From a virus, in IMG/VR virus record IMGVR_UViG_3300028829_005735, positions 8,241-72,240 of that record: a stretch of 64,000 nucleotides of DNA. One strand, given 5' to 3'. Below, piece after piece: positions 1 through 10,099 of the stretch. Position 1 is the stretch's first letter. The number at the start of each line of letters is the position of its first letter. A program made the translations under genes and the position numbers. The notes below the pieces were generated by a model, which was not told the origin of the DNA, ran no database searches, and worked only from the letters and a program-made list of their open reading frames with translations.

Positions 1-19
1 TTTTAATGACAATTAAACT

Positions 20-1039
20 ATGGGCTTAAGCACACAAGTTTTTACCACAGATACTTTCCCTGTACCAAATGAATGGATATTCGAAAATTTCTTGAATCTC
101 GATGAGAAGTTGGAAGGACAATCAGTATCAATAAAATCAGTATTCAATAAGAAAGACACTAACCCCTCTATGATAATCTACCTACATGAAAACGGTAGGT
201 ATAAGTTCAACGATTATTCTGCTGGAATAAAAGGTGATGCTATTGATTTCATACAGGAGTATTACAATCTTCAGACTAGGCAAGATGCTTTTAGAAAAGT
301 ATACTACCTATGGAAGGATGGAGACTATGACACCATTGAACGACGTAAGTTAACGAAGACTACCTATAAGGTTGTTGATGTTGAGGTGCGTGCATGGAAT
401 ATGGATGACGCAAAATATTGGATGTCATTCCATATCGGTTCAAAAGATTTAGAAAAGCATTGTGTTAAACCACTAGCATCATACACCTTTGAGAAGACTC
501 AAGGAGATGACGTTACTCATGTGGTATTCAACAAGCCATTTTGCTACGGATATTTTAGAAAGGATGGTACGTTGTATAAGATTTACAATCCGAAGGATAA
601 GCGTACAAAGTTTATTAAGATTGTTAACTATATACAAGGGCATGACCAGTTGGAATATAAAGCTAGATGGTTAATCATATTAGCGTCATTAAAAGACCTC
701 ATGGCATTTAAGAAATTAGGTTTCCCTAATGTCGAATGCATAGCTCCTAATAGTGAGAATGATATGATCACAACCAAGCAATTGAAATACTATCGTAAAC
801 GATACCCGTTTATATCTACTCTATTTGACAATGATTCTGCAGGTAAGAAGGCTTCCCGTAAATATAAGGAGGAGTATGGAATACCTTACACAGAGTTTGA
901 TGTCGAGAAAGATGTTGCCGATTGCAACAGAGAACATGGACTAACGAATACCAAACTATTTTTAAAACCACACTTGCTAGAAACATATGCTAGAAAAAAT
1001 AGAAAAACTAATAACAACAAACGAAGTAGAAAATCATAA
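20..1039 (+). CDS. dnaG: DnaG-like (TOPRIM) DNA primase, crAss-like type
   Basis: TOPRIM DxD motif LFDNDSAG; SLKD motif; degenerate N-terminal Zn-binding domain (SVFNKKDTNPSM...FNDYSAG..GDAIDFI); replication-module context. Confidence 0.85.
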   Translation: MGLSTQVFTTDTFPVPNEWIFENFLNLDEKLEGQSVSIKSVFNKKDTNPSMIIYLHENGRYKFNDYSAGIKGDAIDFIQEYYNLQTRQDAFRKVYYLWKDGDYDTIERRKLTKTTYKVVDVEVRAWNMDDAKYWMSFHIGSKDLEKHCVKPLASYTFEKTQGDDVTHVVFNKPFCYGYFRKDGTLYKIYNPKDKRTKFIKIVNYIQGHDQLEYKARWLIILASLKDLMAFKKLGFPNVECIAPNSENDMITTKQLKYYRKRYPFISTLFDNDSAGKKASRKYKEEYGIPYTEFDVEKDVADCNREHGLTNTKLFLKPHLLETYARKNRKTNNNKRSRKS

Positions 1040-1415
1040 ACTTGCTACGCATCTAATGGATGTGCAGATGAACAAGGACAACGTAATAGCTGTCATATGC
1101 TTGATTAGAATGCACGAAGCAAAAAAGAATGAAGGGGATGTAGTCACCTCATTCTTAGAAGTTCCGTCAACTAAGGATGTAATCTTAGGGTTACTTAAAA
1201 CATACGATACAAGACCTGTATCAAATACAGAGTCAGATGATTTAAACTCATACGGTCCGAAAGATATGTTTGAGCTATCCCTTAATTGTTTACGGTCAGA
1301 CGATAATCTCAACCATGCTCATGCATACTACAGAGATTATGTAGAAGGCTTGTATAACGATGCCAAACGTAATCTGGCAGATGAAAAATTAATTAACGAT
1401 TCCTTTTCAGTATGA
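987..1415 (+). CDS. hypothetical protein
   Basis: 142-aa ORF overlapping the primase end, with ATGA overlap into the next gene. Confidence 0.65.
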   Translation: MLEKIEKLITTNEVENHKLATHLMDVQMNKDNVIAVICLIRMHEAKKNEGDVVTSFLEVPSTKDVILGLLKTYDTRPVSNTESDDLNSYGPKDMFELSLNCLRSDDNLNHAHAYYRDYVEGLYNDAKRNLADEKLINDSFSV

Positions 1416-2644
1416 TTAAAGATGTAATTAGAATATCAAAGGAACTGCTGTACGACAAACCATTCTATGGTTCAGTACTACTCAGTCTTCATAAGGAAAT
1501 AAGCCTACGTGTGCCTACTGCAATGGTAGGGCTAGAAGGTATTATGTTTAAGATGTCAGTTAATCCAGACTTTTGGAATACACTATCGGATAAACATAAG
1601 GAAGGATTGGTGCTCCATGAATTAGGACACATCATATATTTTCACCTTACCGAATACGACCACCTTAAGGATAAGGAAATAGCTAATATAGCTATGGACT
1701 TATTCATCAATCAAACCATCGATGCTGAACTACTGCCTGACGGTGGGTGTACCCTTGATAAGTTTGACAATATGGAGGCAGGTAAGACCACCAATTGGTA
1801 CTATGAGAAACTCATGGAAAACAAGAAGGGTGGCAAAGATAAAACCCTTAACAATATGTTAGCCGCTGGTAGTGGAAATAAGGGGGAAGGAAGTCCGAAG
1901 GACAAAGATGGTAATGCTCCCGTTGGTGGGCAACAAGCAAAGGATAAGAACGGTAAGCCTATCACGGTACCTGACCATTCGTGGGAAGATATTAAAAATG
2001 CATCAGACCCAATCAAGAAGATGGTTGGTAAGAATACCGAAAATATGCTTCGTACTATCATCAAACAAGTCGGCACTAAACCCGGTAGTTTACCTGCAGG
2101 ATTAGAAGATATGCTTAAAAAGATGGACGTTATTGAGCCACCTAAATTCAATTGGAGAGCTTTCGTAAAACGTTTCGTAGGTACATCAACTAAAACTCAC
2201 ATAGCTAAAACTCGTCGTAAAAAGAGTAATAGATTCCCATCAATGCAGGGTAGTAGAGAAAAGTATTTCTCAAATATACTCATCGGTATCGACACATCTG
2301 GTTCCGTATCTGTAGAAGAACTCATGGAATTTCAAAATGAGCTACACCATATGCATAAGACGGGGCATACTATCGAGATTATCCTATGTGATACTATTAT
2401 ACAAGATCAGTTCATATTTAATCCTAAAAAACCTTTATCTGTAAAAGGTAGGGGAGGAACTAATTTTGCACCTGTAGTAGATTACTACCAGAAGAATCTT
2501 AAAAAATACTCCTGCCTCATCTATCTTACCGATGGTGAATCTTGGGATGTTAAAGAAGCACGAGGACAAATACTATGGTGTCACTCCTCAGCTTGTGACC
2601 AAATCAATGAGTCACTTCCAGGAAGGAAGATAAAATTAAACTAA
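1412..2644 (+). CDS. DUF2201-like metallopeptidase + VWA domain protein
   Basis: HELGH (HExxH) motif, NIAMDLFIN motif, C-terminal MIDAS DTSGS, GRGGT and YLTDG; adjacent to a MoxR-like ATPase. Confidence 0.85.
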   Translation: MIKDVIRISKELLYDKPFYGSVLLSLHKEISLRVPTAMVGLEGIMFKMSVNPDFWNTLSDKHKEGLVLHELGHIIYFHLTEYDHLKDKEIANIAMDLFINQTIDAELLPDGGCTLDKFDNMEAGKTTNWYYEKLMENKKGGKDKTLNNMLAAGSGNKGEGSPKDKDGNAPVGGQQAKDKNGKPITVPDHSWEDIKNASDPIKKMVGKNTENMLRTIIKQVGTKPGSLPAGLEDMLKKMDVIEPPKFNWRAFVKRFVGTSTKTHIAKTRRKKSNRFPSMQGSREKYFSNILIGIDTSGSVSVEELMEFQNELHHMHKTGHTIEIILCDTIIQDQFIFNPKKPLSVKGRGGTNFAPVVDYYQKNLKKYSCLIYLTDGESWDVKEARGQILWCHSSACDQINESLPGRKIKLN

Positions 2645-2665
2645 CTATTTTTTATTTAATACAGT

Positions 2666-3907
2666 ATGAGCAAAAAATCACAACAATCCGAAATCAACAT
2701 TGAGCAGTTGCAATCTGTTCTATTACACACAATTAACACTAACTTGGAATTACAAGCAAAAGGTATTATGCCAATTGCTATGAATGTAATTGGAGATGCA
2801 GGGCTTGGTAAGACCAGCGTTATTGAGCAAGTTGGTAAGAGTCTTGGGTATAAGCCTGAGAACATCGTGAAACTTAACCTAGCAACTCTTGAGGAGATAG
2901 GTGACCTTATCGGTATTCCTGTTACCGAATATAAAATGGTTAAAAGAATCGAGTCTCAAGAAGAAGGTGGTAAAGCACGTAACCAAATTGTATGGGTTAA
3001 AGAGGCAGCCATCGAGAGTTACAATGGATTAGGCTTCAAGACAAGTACCGAATCTCGTATGGGGTATTCAATCCCTGAATGGATAGCGGGAAAGAGTGGT
3101 AATGGTATCTTAATCCTTGATGACTACACTAGGGCAAACCAACGATTTACTCAAGCCGTAATGGAGCTGATTGACCGTCAAGAGTATGCTACTTGGAAGT
3201 TACCTCAAGGATGGACTATCTTCCTATCGTCTAACCCAGATGATGGAATGTATAATGTTACCGACCAGGATCCGGCACAGCAATCAAGATACATGAATGT
3301 GAATCTTAAATTTGATGCTGAGATTTGGGCTAAGTGGGCTGAAAAGTCTGGTATCGATAGCCGTTGCATTAACTTTACCCTTATGAACAAGGAGATTATG
3401 TCTACTGAAGGAAAGCATGTAAATGCTAGAAGTATGACAAAATTCTTCAACATCATCAGTAGCATTAAGGATTTCAACACGGATGAAAGTCTTGAGTTAA
3501 TCCAGTTGCTAGGTGAAGGTTCATTAGGACCTGAAGTTACAATTCAATTTACAGCGTTCATCCACAACAAGATGGATAAATTAATCACAACTGAGGAGTT
3601 GATTGACGACAAAACCAAGTGGGACAAGATAGAAGGAAAGCTTGAGAAGTTAATCAACGGTAGTGGTACATATAGAGGTGACATAGCCTTTGTAATTACT
3701 ACTAGGTTGATGAACCACATTGCCTTCAATATGAAGGATGATGAATTCACAGATGCTCTTAAAGATAGAATGGAGGAGGTTATTACCTCTCCTGTACTTG
3801 GAGGAGATTTGAAGTTCGTCCTTGGTCGTAAACTGATTAACATGGAGGGTGGGAAATTCACTCAACTGTTATTCAACGACTACGTGGTTGACAACATACT
3901 TGAGTAA
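2666..3907 (+). CDS. MoxR-like AAA+ ATPase
   Basis: Walker A GDAGLGKT, Walker B LILDD, sensor SSNP, arginine finger DPAQQSR. Confidence 0.85.
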   Translation: MSKKSQQSEINIEQLQSVLLHTINTNLELQAKGIMPIAMNVIGDAGLGKTSVIEQVGKSLGYKPENIVKLNLATLEEIGDLIGIPVTEYKMVKRIESQEEGGKARNQIVWVKEAAIESYNGLGFKTSTESRMGYSIPEWIAGKSGNGILILDDYTRANQRFTQAVMELIDRQEYATWKLPQGWTIFLSSNPDDGMYNVTDQDPAQQSRYMNVNLKFDAEIWAKWAEKSGIDSRCINFTLMNKEIMSTEGKHVNARSMTKFFNIISSIKDFNTDESLELIQLLGEGSLGPEVTIQFTAFIHNKMDKLITTEELIDDKTKWDKIEGKLEKLINGSGTYRGDIAFVITTRLMNHIAFNMKDDEFTDALKDRMEEVITSPVLGGDLKFVLGRKLINMEGGKFTQLLFNDYVVDNILE

Positions 3908-3913
3908 AATACC

Positions 3914-3940
3914 AGGGGGAGTTTAGGCTCCCCCTTTATT
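3914..3940 (+). terminator. intrinsic terminator
   Basis: AGGGGGAG-TTTAGG-CTCCCCCT stem followed by a T-rich tail just after the ATPase stop. Confidence 0.75.
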
Positions 3941-3941
3941 T

Positions 3942-4457
3942 ATGAGAGAAAAAAGAATATTAAAATCTACCGATTACGATCGGTTAAAGAAAATGATTAA
4001 TGGCACAGACGAAGATCTGAATTTAGTTATAAGTCTCATCGATACTTGTAATATAGAGGAATCGTTTCGTTATATATTGTGTTTAATTCCACAGCGTTGG
4101 AATACCAAGTACGTAATGAGTAGTCAATTGATGGTAAGTCCAAGGCTATATGCCTACGTTTACGACCTTGTTGGTGGAGCTAAAGGTATCCCTACAGAAG
4201 TTACATTAGATTTTATGATGGAACTCTGGGCATTACATTCAGAAAAACATAACTTGCAACCTTCGGCACGAGTAATTAAATCAATTTGTACCGAGTATAG
4301 GGTAAACGAAAATAGTACCGACGACAGAAAGGTAAGAGGTATGTTTGACAGAGGAGCTATAGATGCACAAAAAAGAGCAGCTGCAGCACAAGCAAAAGCA
4401 TCAAAAGCAAAGAGTACCAAAAAGTTTGGTAACGATCCATTTAAGAATCTAAAATGA
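3942..4457 (+). CDS. hypothetical protein
   Basis: 171-aa ORF, ATGA overlap with the next gene. Confidence 0.7.
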   Translation: MREKRILKSTDYDRLKKMINGTDEDLNLVISLIDTCNIEESFRYILCLIPQRWNTKYVMSSQLMVSPRLYAYVYDLVGGAKGIPTEVTLDFMMELWALHSEKHNLQPSARVIKSICTEYRVNENSTDDRKVRGMFDRGAIDAQKRAAAAQAKASKAKSTKKFGNDPFKNLK

Positions 4458-5527
4458 CAAATAAATTATCAACAGACATCGGAGTAGATGCTGTATCCAA
4501 AGAAGAGTTTCAAAAAGAAAAGTTCTACTTCAGCTTCAGTTCATTAGTGAAGTTATTGTTAGATCCTAAAGTCTTTTACAATGACTATGTGTTACGTCAA
4601 CGTAAAGATATAAGTGCAAAGCACCTTGATATCGGACAGCTATTGCATTGTCTTGTGCTTGAACCTGAGAACTTCGACGATAATTTCGTTGTAATGCCTG
4701 GGAAAATACCAACTCCTTCAGCTAAAGCTGTAATAGACGACTTGTGGAGGCTGCATGGTAGACCGGCAATGCTTGATGGTCAAGTCAACAATCCTGTCAT
4801 GGGACAATTCAAAGATGAGATTATAGAACTGTTAAAGAAGGCAGAGCTATATCAAAATCTAGTAGACGCTAAACGTGCGGATAAGAATGGCAACACTCTT
4901 ACTGGTGATGAAAAACGTTTAGAAAAGATTATCACAATAGAGAATAAAAAGTATTGGGATGTATTGATATTAGGGGAGAAGAAAACCATTGTCGATTTAG
5001 ATATGGTTCAAAAGGCTGACGTAAAAGCAAAGGCAATACTTGCCTCTAAGAAGGCTCTACCTTATATTACTTCCGATACCATCAAAAAAGATATTCGGAA
5101 AGAGATGGAGCTTAAATGCGACCTGCCCGGATATGATTTCGGTCTTAAAGGAATCATCGATTGCGTTTTAGTTGACAACGAGAACGAAACAATCTATGTA
5201 ACCGACTTGAAGACCACCTCAAAAGATATGAGAGATTGGTTAAAAGATTTCCCAACATCTGAATATATGTATTGGTTGCAAGCAATCATATACAAACAGT
5301 TAATTATGTCGTTGGTTCCAGAGAATAGTAAACGTGCATGGAAATTAGTGTTCACTTTCCTTGTGATCGATGGAAACGATAAAGTTTATCCGTTCAATGT
5401 ATCTGCTGACTCCCTTAGAGAATGGGAGATTAAGGCTAAAGATAAGTTTGACGAGGCTAAATGGCATTACGAGGAGCACAACTATGATTTACCAATGGCC
5501 TACGAACTCGGGCTTGTAGAATTGTAA
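4454..5527 (+). CDS. PD-(D/E)xK nuclease (RecE/exonuclease VIII-like)
   Basis: FSFSSL...GQLLHCLVLEP N-terminus; LKGIIDCVLVD...VTDLKTTS catalytic motif; YWLQAIIY. Confidence 0.8.
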   Translation: MTNKLSTDIGVDAVSKEEFQKEKFYFSFSSLVKLLLDPKVFYNDYVLRQRKDISAKHLDIGQLLHCLVLEPENFDDNFVVMPGKIPTPSAKAVIDDLWRLHGRPAMLDGQVNNPVMGQFKDEIIELLKKAELYQNLVDAKRADKNGNTLTGDEKRLEKIITIENKKYWDVLILGEKKTIVDLDMVQKADVKAKAILASKKALPYITSDTIKKDIRKEMELKCDLPGYDFGLKGIIDCVLVDNENETIYVTDLKTTSKDMRDWLKDFPTSEYMYWLQAIIYKQLIMSLVPENSKRAWKLVFTFLVIDGNDKVYPFNVSADSLREWEIKAKDKFDEAKWHYEEHNYDLPMAYELGLVEL

Positions 5528-5544
5528 GAGATTCTATATATTTG
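5514..5544 (+). promoter_or_regulatory. Bacteroidota housekeeping sigma70-type promoter
   Basis: TTG (5514-5516), 20-nt spacer, TATATTTG (5537-5544) matching the -33/-7 TTG...TAnnTTTG consensus, 16 nt before ATG 5561. Confidence 0.6.
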
Positions 5545-5560
5545 AAAAAAATAAAAAATA

Positions 5561-6055
5561 ATGGCAGTCGCAGAAAAGAAACCAACAAAAAAGACATCCA
5601 AAAAAAAATCGGATGCACCAAAAGTAGATAAGGAGGCTACTCAAAGAAACGTACAAGCAGCTCAAACGATTAACACATTACCTCGAATAGGAAACATCCT
5701 ATTGGTGACAAGTGTGCACAAGTCAAACGACAACAAGATTATACCAAGTTTTTGTGGTATACCGATGGATGATAAGTGTCCATTTGTTGAGCTTATGTTC
5801 GATCCCGAAACAAAAACGTTAGGTGTTATCACCAAGCATAAAAAACCAATGTTCCAATTAGTTCCTAAGATTGACAATTTAGGGCAAGCAAAAAGGAATA
5901 CAGGTCGTAATTCGGATCAGCTTCCTTACCACCAAGAACGTCATATCATGGATACATACCATGAACAATACATTAGAACTCCAGAAGAAATCGATGCATT
6001 CTTAAAGATGTATGCAATAAACGACGACTTCAATTGGAATCAGTTTTTAGTGTAA
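5561..6055 (+). CDS. hypothetical protein (replication module)
   Basis: 164-aa ORF with A-rich start context, its own promoter and terminator. Confidence 0.75.
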   Translation: MAVAEKKPTKKTSKKKSDAPKVDKEATQRNVQAAQTINTLPRIGNILLVTSVHKSNDNKIIPSFCGIPMDDKCPFVELMFDPETKTLGVITKHKKPMFQLVPKIDNLGQAKRNTGRNSDQLPYHQERHIMDTYHEQYIRTPEEIDAFLKMYAINDDFNWNQFLV

Positions 6056-6071
6056 CATATTATTAATTACG

Positions 6072-6104
6072 AAAGGGTATTGAGAAATCGATACCCTTTT
6101 TTTT
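6072..6104 (+). terminator. intrinsic terminator
   Basis: AAAGGGTATTGA-GAAA-TCGATACCCTTT stem-loop followed by a T run. Confidence 0.75.
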
Positions 6105-6118
6105 ATCTCTTATTGTTT

Positions 6119-8179
6119 ATGAAGAAGACCAGAGTGTATGACTATGAGACAATTAAAAACTGTTTCTTAGCCATGTACATAAACATTAAGGATCCCAAAG
6201 ACATTGTAGAATTTGAGGTATCCGATTTCAAAAATGAATTCAAGGAGTACCTTTTATTCCAGCAGAAACTTATCAAAAGTAAACAGTACATTGTATCATT
6301 CAATGGACTACAATTTGATTCACAAGTTGCTGTATTTTGTATTAAGAATCGAAGCCGTCTACTAAGATTAACCGGTGGAGAAATTGCCCGTGAAATATTT
6401 AAGTTCGTTCAGGAATTACTTGAACTTAAGAACGAGAAAGGCTGGATGAAATATCCTGTAGCCGACTTACCATTTAATGAGATTGACCTAGCTGCTATTA
6501 ACAATTACAATAACAAGCAGAAGTTTGCCTCATTAAAATGGTTACAATATAACATGGACTGGCACAATATCATGGATATGAATTGTAAGCCAGAAGACAT
6601 CCTTACTCAGGAACAAATCAAGGACCTACGAAAATATTGTATTAACGATTGTATGTCTACTCGTGCACTACTTGCTCTGAACACCCAGCTTATACATGTA
6701 CGTGATGATTTATCTGAACACTTTAAGTTAGACCTGCAGAACCTGTCGGAACCAAAACTTGTTAAAGCTATCCTTATGGATTTACTTAGCAAAGATATGG
6801 GGATTAGTAGACGGGAACTCAAGGACAAACGTACCTATAGGAGGGTAATACCTTTGCAAGATGCTATCCTACCGTATATTAAATTCAAGACTCGACCTCT
6901 ACAGAAAACACTCAATACTTTTAAAGGATTGGAGTTGGATGGGGAGAACTTAAAAGGTAGCTTCAAACATAAAGTGACCTACCGGGGATTAGAATTTTCA
7001 TTTGCCCTTGGTGGAATCCATGGTGCCAAGCGAGGATTGTATAAGCAAGGAAAGGGAATGATTGTTAAGTCATTCGATGTTAAGTCCTACTATCCAAACT
7101 TATGTATTAGAAATGGATGGAGTCCTGCTCACCTGCCGTCAGAAATATTCTGCGAAAGATACGAGTGGTTCTACAACGAGAGGTTAAAGTACCCTAAGAG
7201 TAATCCTCTCAACTATCTGTATAAAATTGTACTTAATTCAGCATTTGGATTAAGTAATGATCAACACTCATTCCTAAAGGATGGATTGCTCACAATGCAA
7301 ATCACCTGTAATGGACAATTGTTATTGGTACAACTCATGGAAGAATTGTGTGAGCAGATACCAGGAGCACGACCAGTAATGGTAAACACAGATGGTGGTG
7401 AAATAATATTCCCGGAAGAGTATGAAGATCTATACAATGAGATTTGTGCTAAATGGGAGAAGATGACAAACCTTGTGCTTGAATACGAGCATTATGAAAA
7501 GCTTATCATATGGGATGTAAATAATTACATTGGAATCTTCCGAGGCTACGAGATAGATTTTGAAGAGGCAAAAAAGTTATTCCATAGTGAGTATCCAAAG
7601 CCTTTAATAAAGAAGGTGGACGGTAAGTATTATCACTATCCTGTTAAATGTAAAGGACGATTTGATGTCAACAAGGAGCTCCATAAAAATAAGAGTTTCC
7701 GTGTGAAGGCAATTGCTATATACAATCATTTTGTACACGGCATGAAACCAGAACGATCGATTGAGAAGTGTACAAACATCTATGATTTTTGTGCAGGTAT
7801 CCGAGCAAAAGGGGATTGGAAAATAAAACAAACTTGTGTTGAAGACGGGACGTTATATAACAATGACACCCAAAAAACAGTACGTTATTTTGTATCCGGG
7901 AAGGGATGTAAACTAATCAAGGAAGAAAGAAAGATAGCAACCGAAGATGTTGAGATTGTAAATGCCAAAGGTAAAATTACAAAGTCTTACAAGAAGGGTG
8001 ACCTATTAATAAAGACCGAGAAAGTTGAAGCTTCAGCAGTACTGGAACAAGTTGCAATTGAAATCGATGACAATAAAGATTTCAAAGATTACAATATCAA
8101 TAAGCAGTTCTACATGAATTTAATTCGAAAGGAAATTGAATCGGTTGAACCTATTTATTCACAAACAACATTACTTTAA
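6119..8179 (+). CDS. family B DNA polymerase with 3'-5' exonuclease
   Basis: Exo I YDYET, Exo II FNGLQFD, Exo III YCINDC; Pol motifs SFDVKSYYPN, YKIVLNSAFG, VNTDG. Start moved to ATG 6119 because the track start at 6080 lies inside the terminator. Confidence 0.92.
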   Translation: MKKTRVYDYETIKNCFLAMYINIKDPKDIVEFEVSDFKNEFKEYLLFQQKLIKSKQYIVSFNGLQFDSQVAVFCIKNRSRLLRLTGGEIAREIFKFVQELLELKNEKGWMKYPVADLPFNEIDLAAINNYNNKQKFASLKWLQYNMDWHNIMDMNCKPEDILTQEQIKDLRKYCINDCMSTRALLALNTQLIHVRDDLSEHFKLDLQNLSEPKLVKAILMDLLSKDMGISRRELKDKRTYRRVIPLQDAILPYIKFKTRPLQKTLNTFKGLELDGENLKGSFKHKVTYRGLEFSFALGGIHGAKRGLYKQGKGMIVKSFDVKSYYPNLCIRNGWSPAHLPSEIFCERYEWFYNERLKYPKSNPLNYLYKIVLNSAFGLSNDQHSFLKDGLLTMQITCNGQLLLVQLMEELCEQIPGARPVMVNTDGGEIIFPEEYEDLYNEICAKWEKMTNLVLEYEHYEKLIIWDVNNYIGIFRGYEIDFEEAKKLFHSEYPKPLIKKVDGKYYHYPVKCKGRFDVNKELHKNKSFRVKAIAIYNHFVHGMKPERSIEKCTNIYDFCAGIRAKGDWKIKQTCVEDGTLYNNDTQKTVRYFVSGKGCKLIKEERKIATEDVEIVNAKGKITKSYKKGDLLIKTEKVEASAVLEQVAIEIDDNKDFKDYNINKQFYMNLIRKEIESVEPIYSQTTLL

Positions 8180-9879
8180 TGGCAAAGAACACAGACAAAG
8201 GTGTGTGTACTGAGAAGTTTTTAATCTCAGTACCACTACCACAACAGACTGACACGTACACTGTTATTTCTCACGAAGATATAATCCAAAAGGTTGAGAA
8301 TGAATTAAACAATGCGAGTCTGGAGATAGAAGATATTCATTACAGCTATTCATATGCTGGTGAAGTAGCACTTGCAAAAGTGTATATCAAATCAACAGTA
8401 GATGCAGATATGGGAATGCTATTCACATGGCAGAACTCATATAACAAGAAGGTTAAATTCTCTTGTGCTATTGGTGGTTACATCCATGACAACAAGGCTT
8501 CCTTAATTGGAACTGAAGGTTTGTCTTGGATACGTAAGCATACTGGAGATGCTGACAAAGAAGCATACGAAGTTATCGAAGGGTTAATTGATAATGCTCA
8601 TCAACACTTTACTAAAGTGATTGCTGAGAAAGAACGTATGAAAGCAATGCAGATTGATGAGGAGGGTTATGGTCGTGTTATGGGGGCATTGTACTTTGAA
8701 CATGAGTTAGTTACTCCTACGCAAGCTATGGCTGTAAAGAAAGAACGTACTAAGCCTGTACATACCTATACCGATAGAGATACTTTATGGGGATTGTACA
8801 AATTGTTAATGTACGGTCTTGAGAATATCGACATCACCCGATGGCAAGGTAACCAGCAAAAGCTACACCATATGATTATGGCAGAGTATGCTATCTCTCA
8901 AGAGGAGATACAAGAAAAGTTAGCTGAAGCATTAGTTTCACCACTCAAGGAGGATATAAAGTTACCGTTGTCTACCTTACCTGAATCAGAAGAAAAGGGT
9001 GAGTACTCATGGAATACAGATGGTAATGAAGAGGAAGTTCAGGAGGTCGATGAGGATAATCTTGTTGAAGATCCTATTAAATTGGCTGAAGAAGTTATCA
9101 ACGGTGGTAAACCTAATGGTACAATTACCGAGGAAGTTACAGATGTGACTGCAGAAATGATAGAGGAGGCAAAGCCTAACCTTGATAAAACATTAGAGGT
9201 AGACTTCCTATCTGAAGTTCAGGAGGAGGTTGAAGAAACTCTTGAACCTGCAGGATTATTCGAAGCTTCAGATGACTCATTAGATGGATTATTTCCAGAG
9301 GACAATGAAGCTGAAGAAATTAGCACGGAGGTTGAAGATAATTTAGCAGAGGAGGAAGTAGTAGTTGATGTTGAGGCTAGTGTTAATGAGGAACCACAGA
9401 TGGAGGTGGTAGATCCAAAATCTCCAGAAGAATTAGCAGAGATTGCTAATGCAGCTTTCGAAGGGGATGCTATTGTTCATACGAAAACTCTTACTAAGGA
9501 GGAGTGTATCGAAGAGTATGGTGACATACTTGATGGTAAACAAAAGGAAGCATTGCTAGATGCTGGTTCTAAAGTAAACGAACCGGTTCAAATCATTGCT
9601 CCAAAGATTAATCTTCCAGAGAAAGAAAAAGAAGTAACAAGGTCACAAAATCCTGTTACTCCTGAAGATGCACATAAGCCTGAAGAAGAAAGCTTCTTAG
9701 ATATCCAAGAGCATAATGGTCTTACAGTTCCTGAAGGAATGGTAGAACATGCAGCTATGGCCGAGAAACGAATGATTATTCTTTACGGAGCTGTACGTCC
9801 ATACGACATGAGTGTTACGGATAAACAATTGAATGTAACTATTGAAGATACATTCGAGAGTTTCCACGTACCATTATAG
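8179..9879 (+). CDS. DUF932-like protein with long acidic C-terminal region
   Basis: N-terminal TYTVISH...WQNSYNK...RKHTG pattern typical of DUF932/DUF945; residues ~250-520 are Glu/Asp-rich and low complexity. Confidence 0.65.
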   Translation: MAKNTDKGVCTEKFLISVPLPQQTDTYTVISHEDIIQKVENELNNASLEIEDIHYSYSYAGEVALAKVYIKSTVDADMGMLFTWQNSYNKKVKFSCAIGGYIHDNKASLIGTEGLSWIRKHTGDADKEAYEVIEGLIDNAHQHFTKVIAEKERMKAMQIDEEGYGRVMGALYFEHELVTPTQAMAVKKERTKPVHTYTDRDTLWGLYKLLMYGLENIDITRWQGNQQKLHHMIMAEYAISQEEIQEKLAEALVSPLKEDIKLPLSTLPESEEKGEYSWNTDGNEEEVQEVDEDNLVEDPIKLAEEVINGGKPNGTITEEVTDVTAEMIEEAKPNLDKTLEVDFLSEVQEEVEETLEPAGLFEASDDSLDGLFPEDNEAEEISTEVEDNLAEEEVVVDVEASVNEEPQMEVVDPKSPEELAEIANAAFEGDAIVHTKTLTKEECIEEYGDILDGKQKEALLDAGSKVNEPVQIIAPKINLPEKEKEVTRSQNPVTPEDAHKPEEESFLDIQEHNGLTVPEGMVEHAAMAEKRMIILYGAVRPYDMSVTDKQLNVTIEDTFESFHVPL

Positions 9880-9885
9880 AATTAT

Positions 9886-10055
9886 AAGAGGTGCGGAAGA
9901 CAAAAGACATCCTCAATTCCGAGAGGATGTGTTAAGCAATTTACCCACGCAACATCAATAGTCCTCTATTTTGTATGCTATGATGCGGTTCGGATTGCCA
10001 TGCGTAAAACCATCTTCTGCTTAAGTTCATGTGGTGAATGGGTAAAAAAGAGGTG
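9886..10055 (+). ncRNA. candidate structured non-coding RNA
   Basis: ~220-nt gap in a tightly packed operon with several 7-8 bp complementary pairs, including a pseudoknot arrangement (see findings); family not recognised. Confidence 0.35.
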
Positions 10056-10061
10056 TAACTT

Positions 10062-10093
10062 AGCCCCCCGACCAGATAGGGGGGCTTTAATTT
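10062..10093 (+). terminator. intrinsic terminator
   Basis: AGCCCCCC...GGGGGGCT stem followed by TTAATTT. Confidence 0.7.
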
Positions 10094-10099
10094 AATGCT

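Noticed and set aside
1412-3907. VWA-metallopeptidase + MoxR ATPase pair as a novel system
   Set aside because: This pairing is well known in bacteria and phages, including crAss-like replication modules
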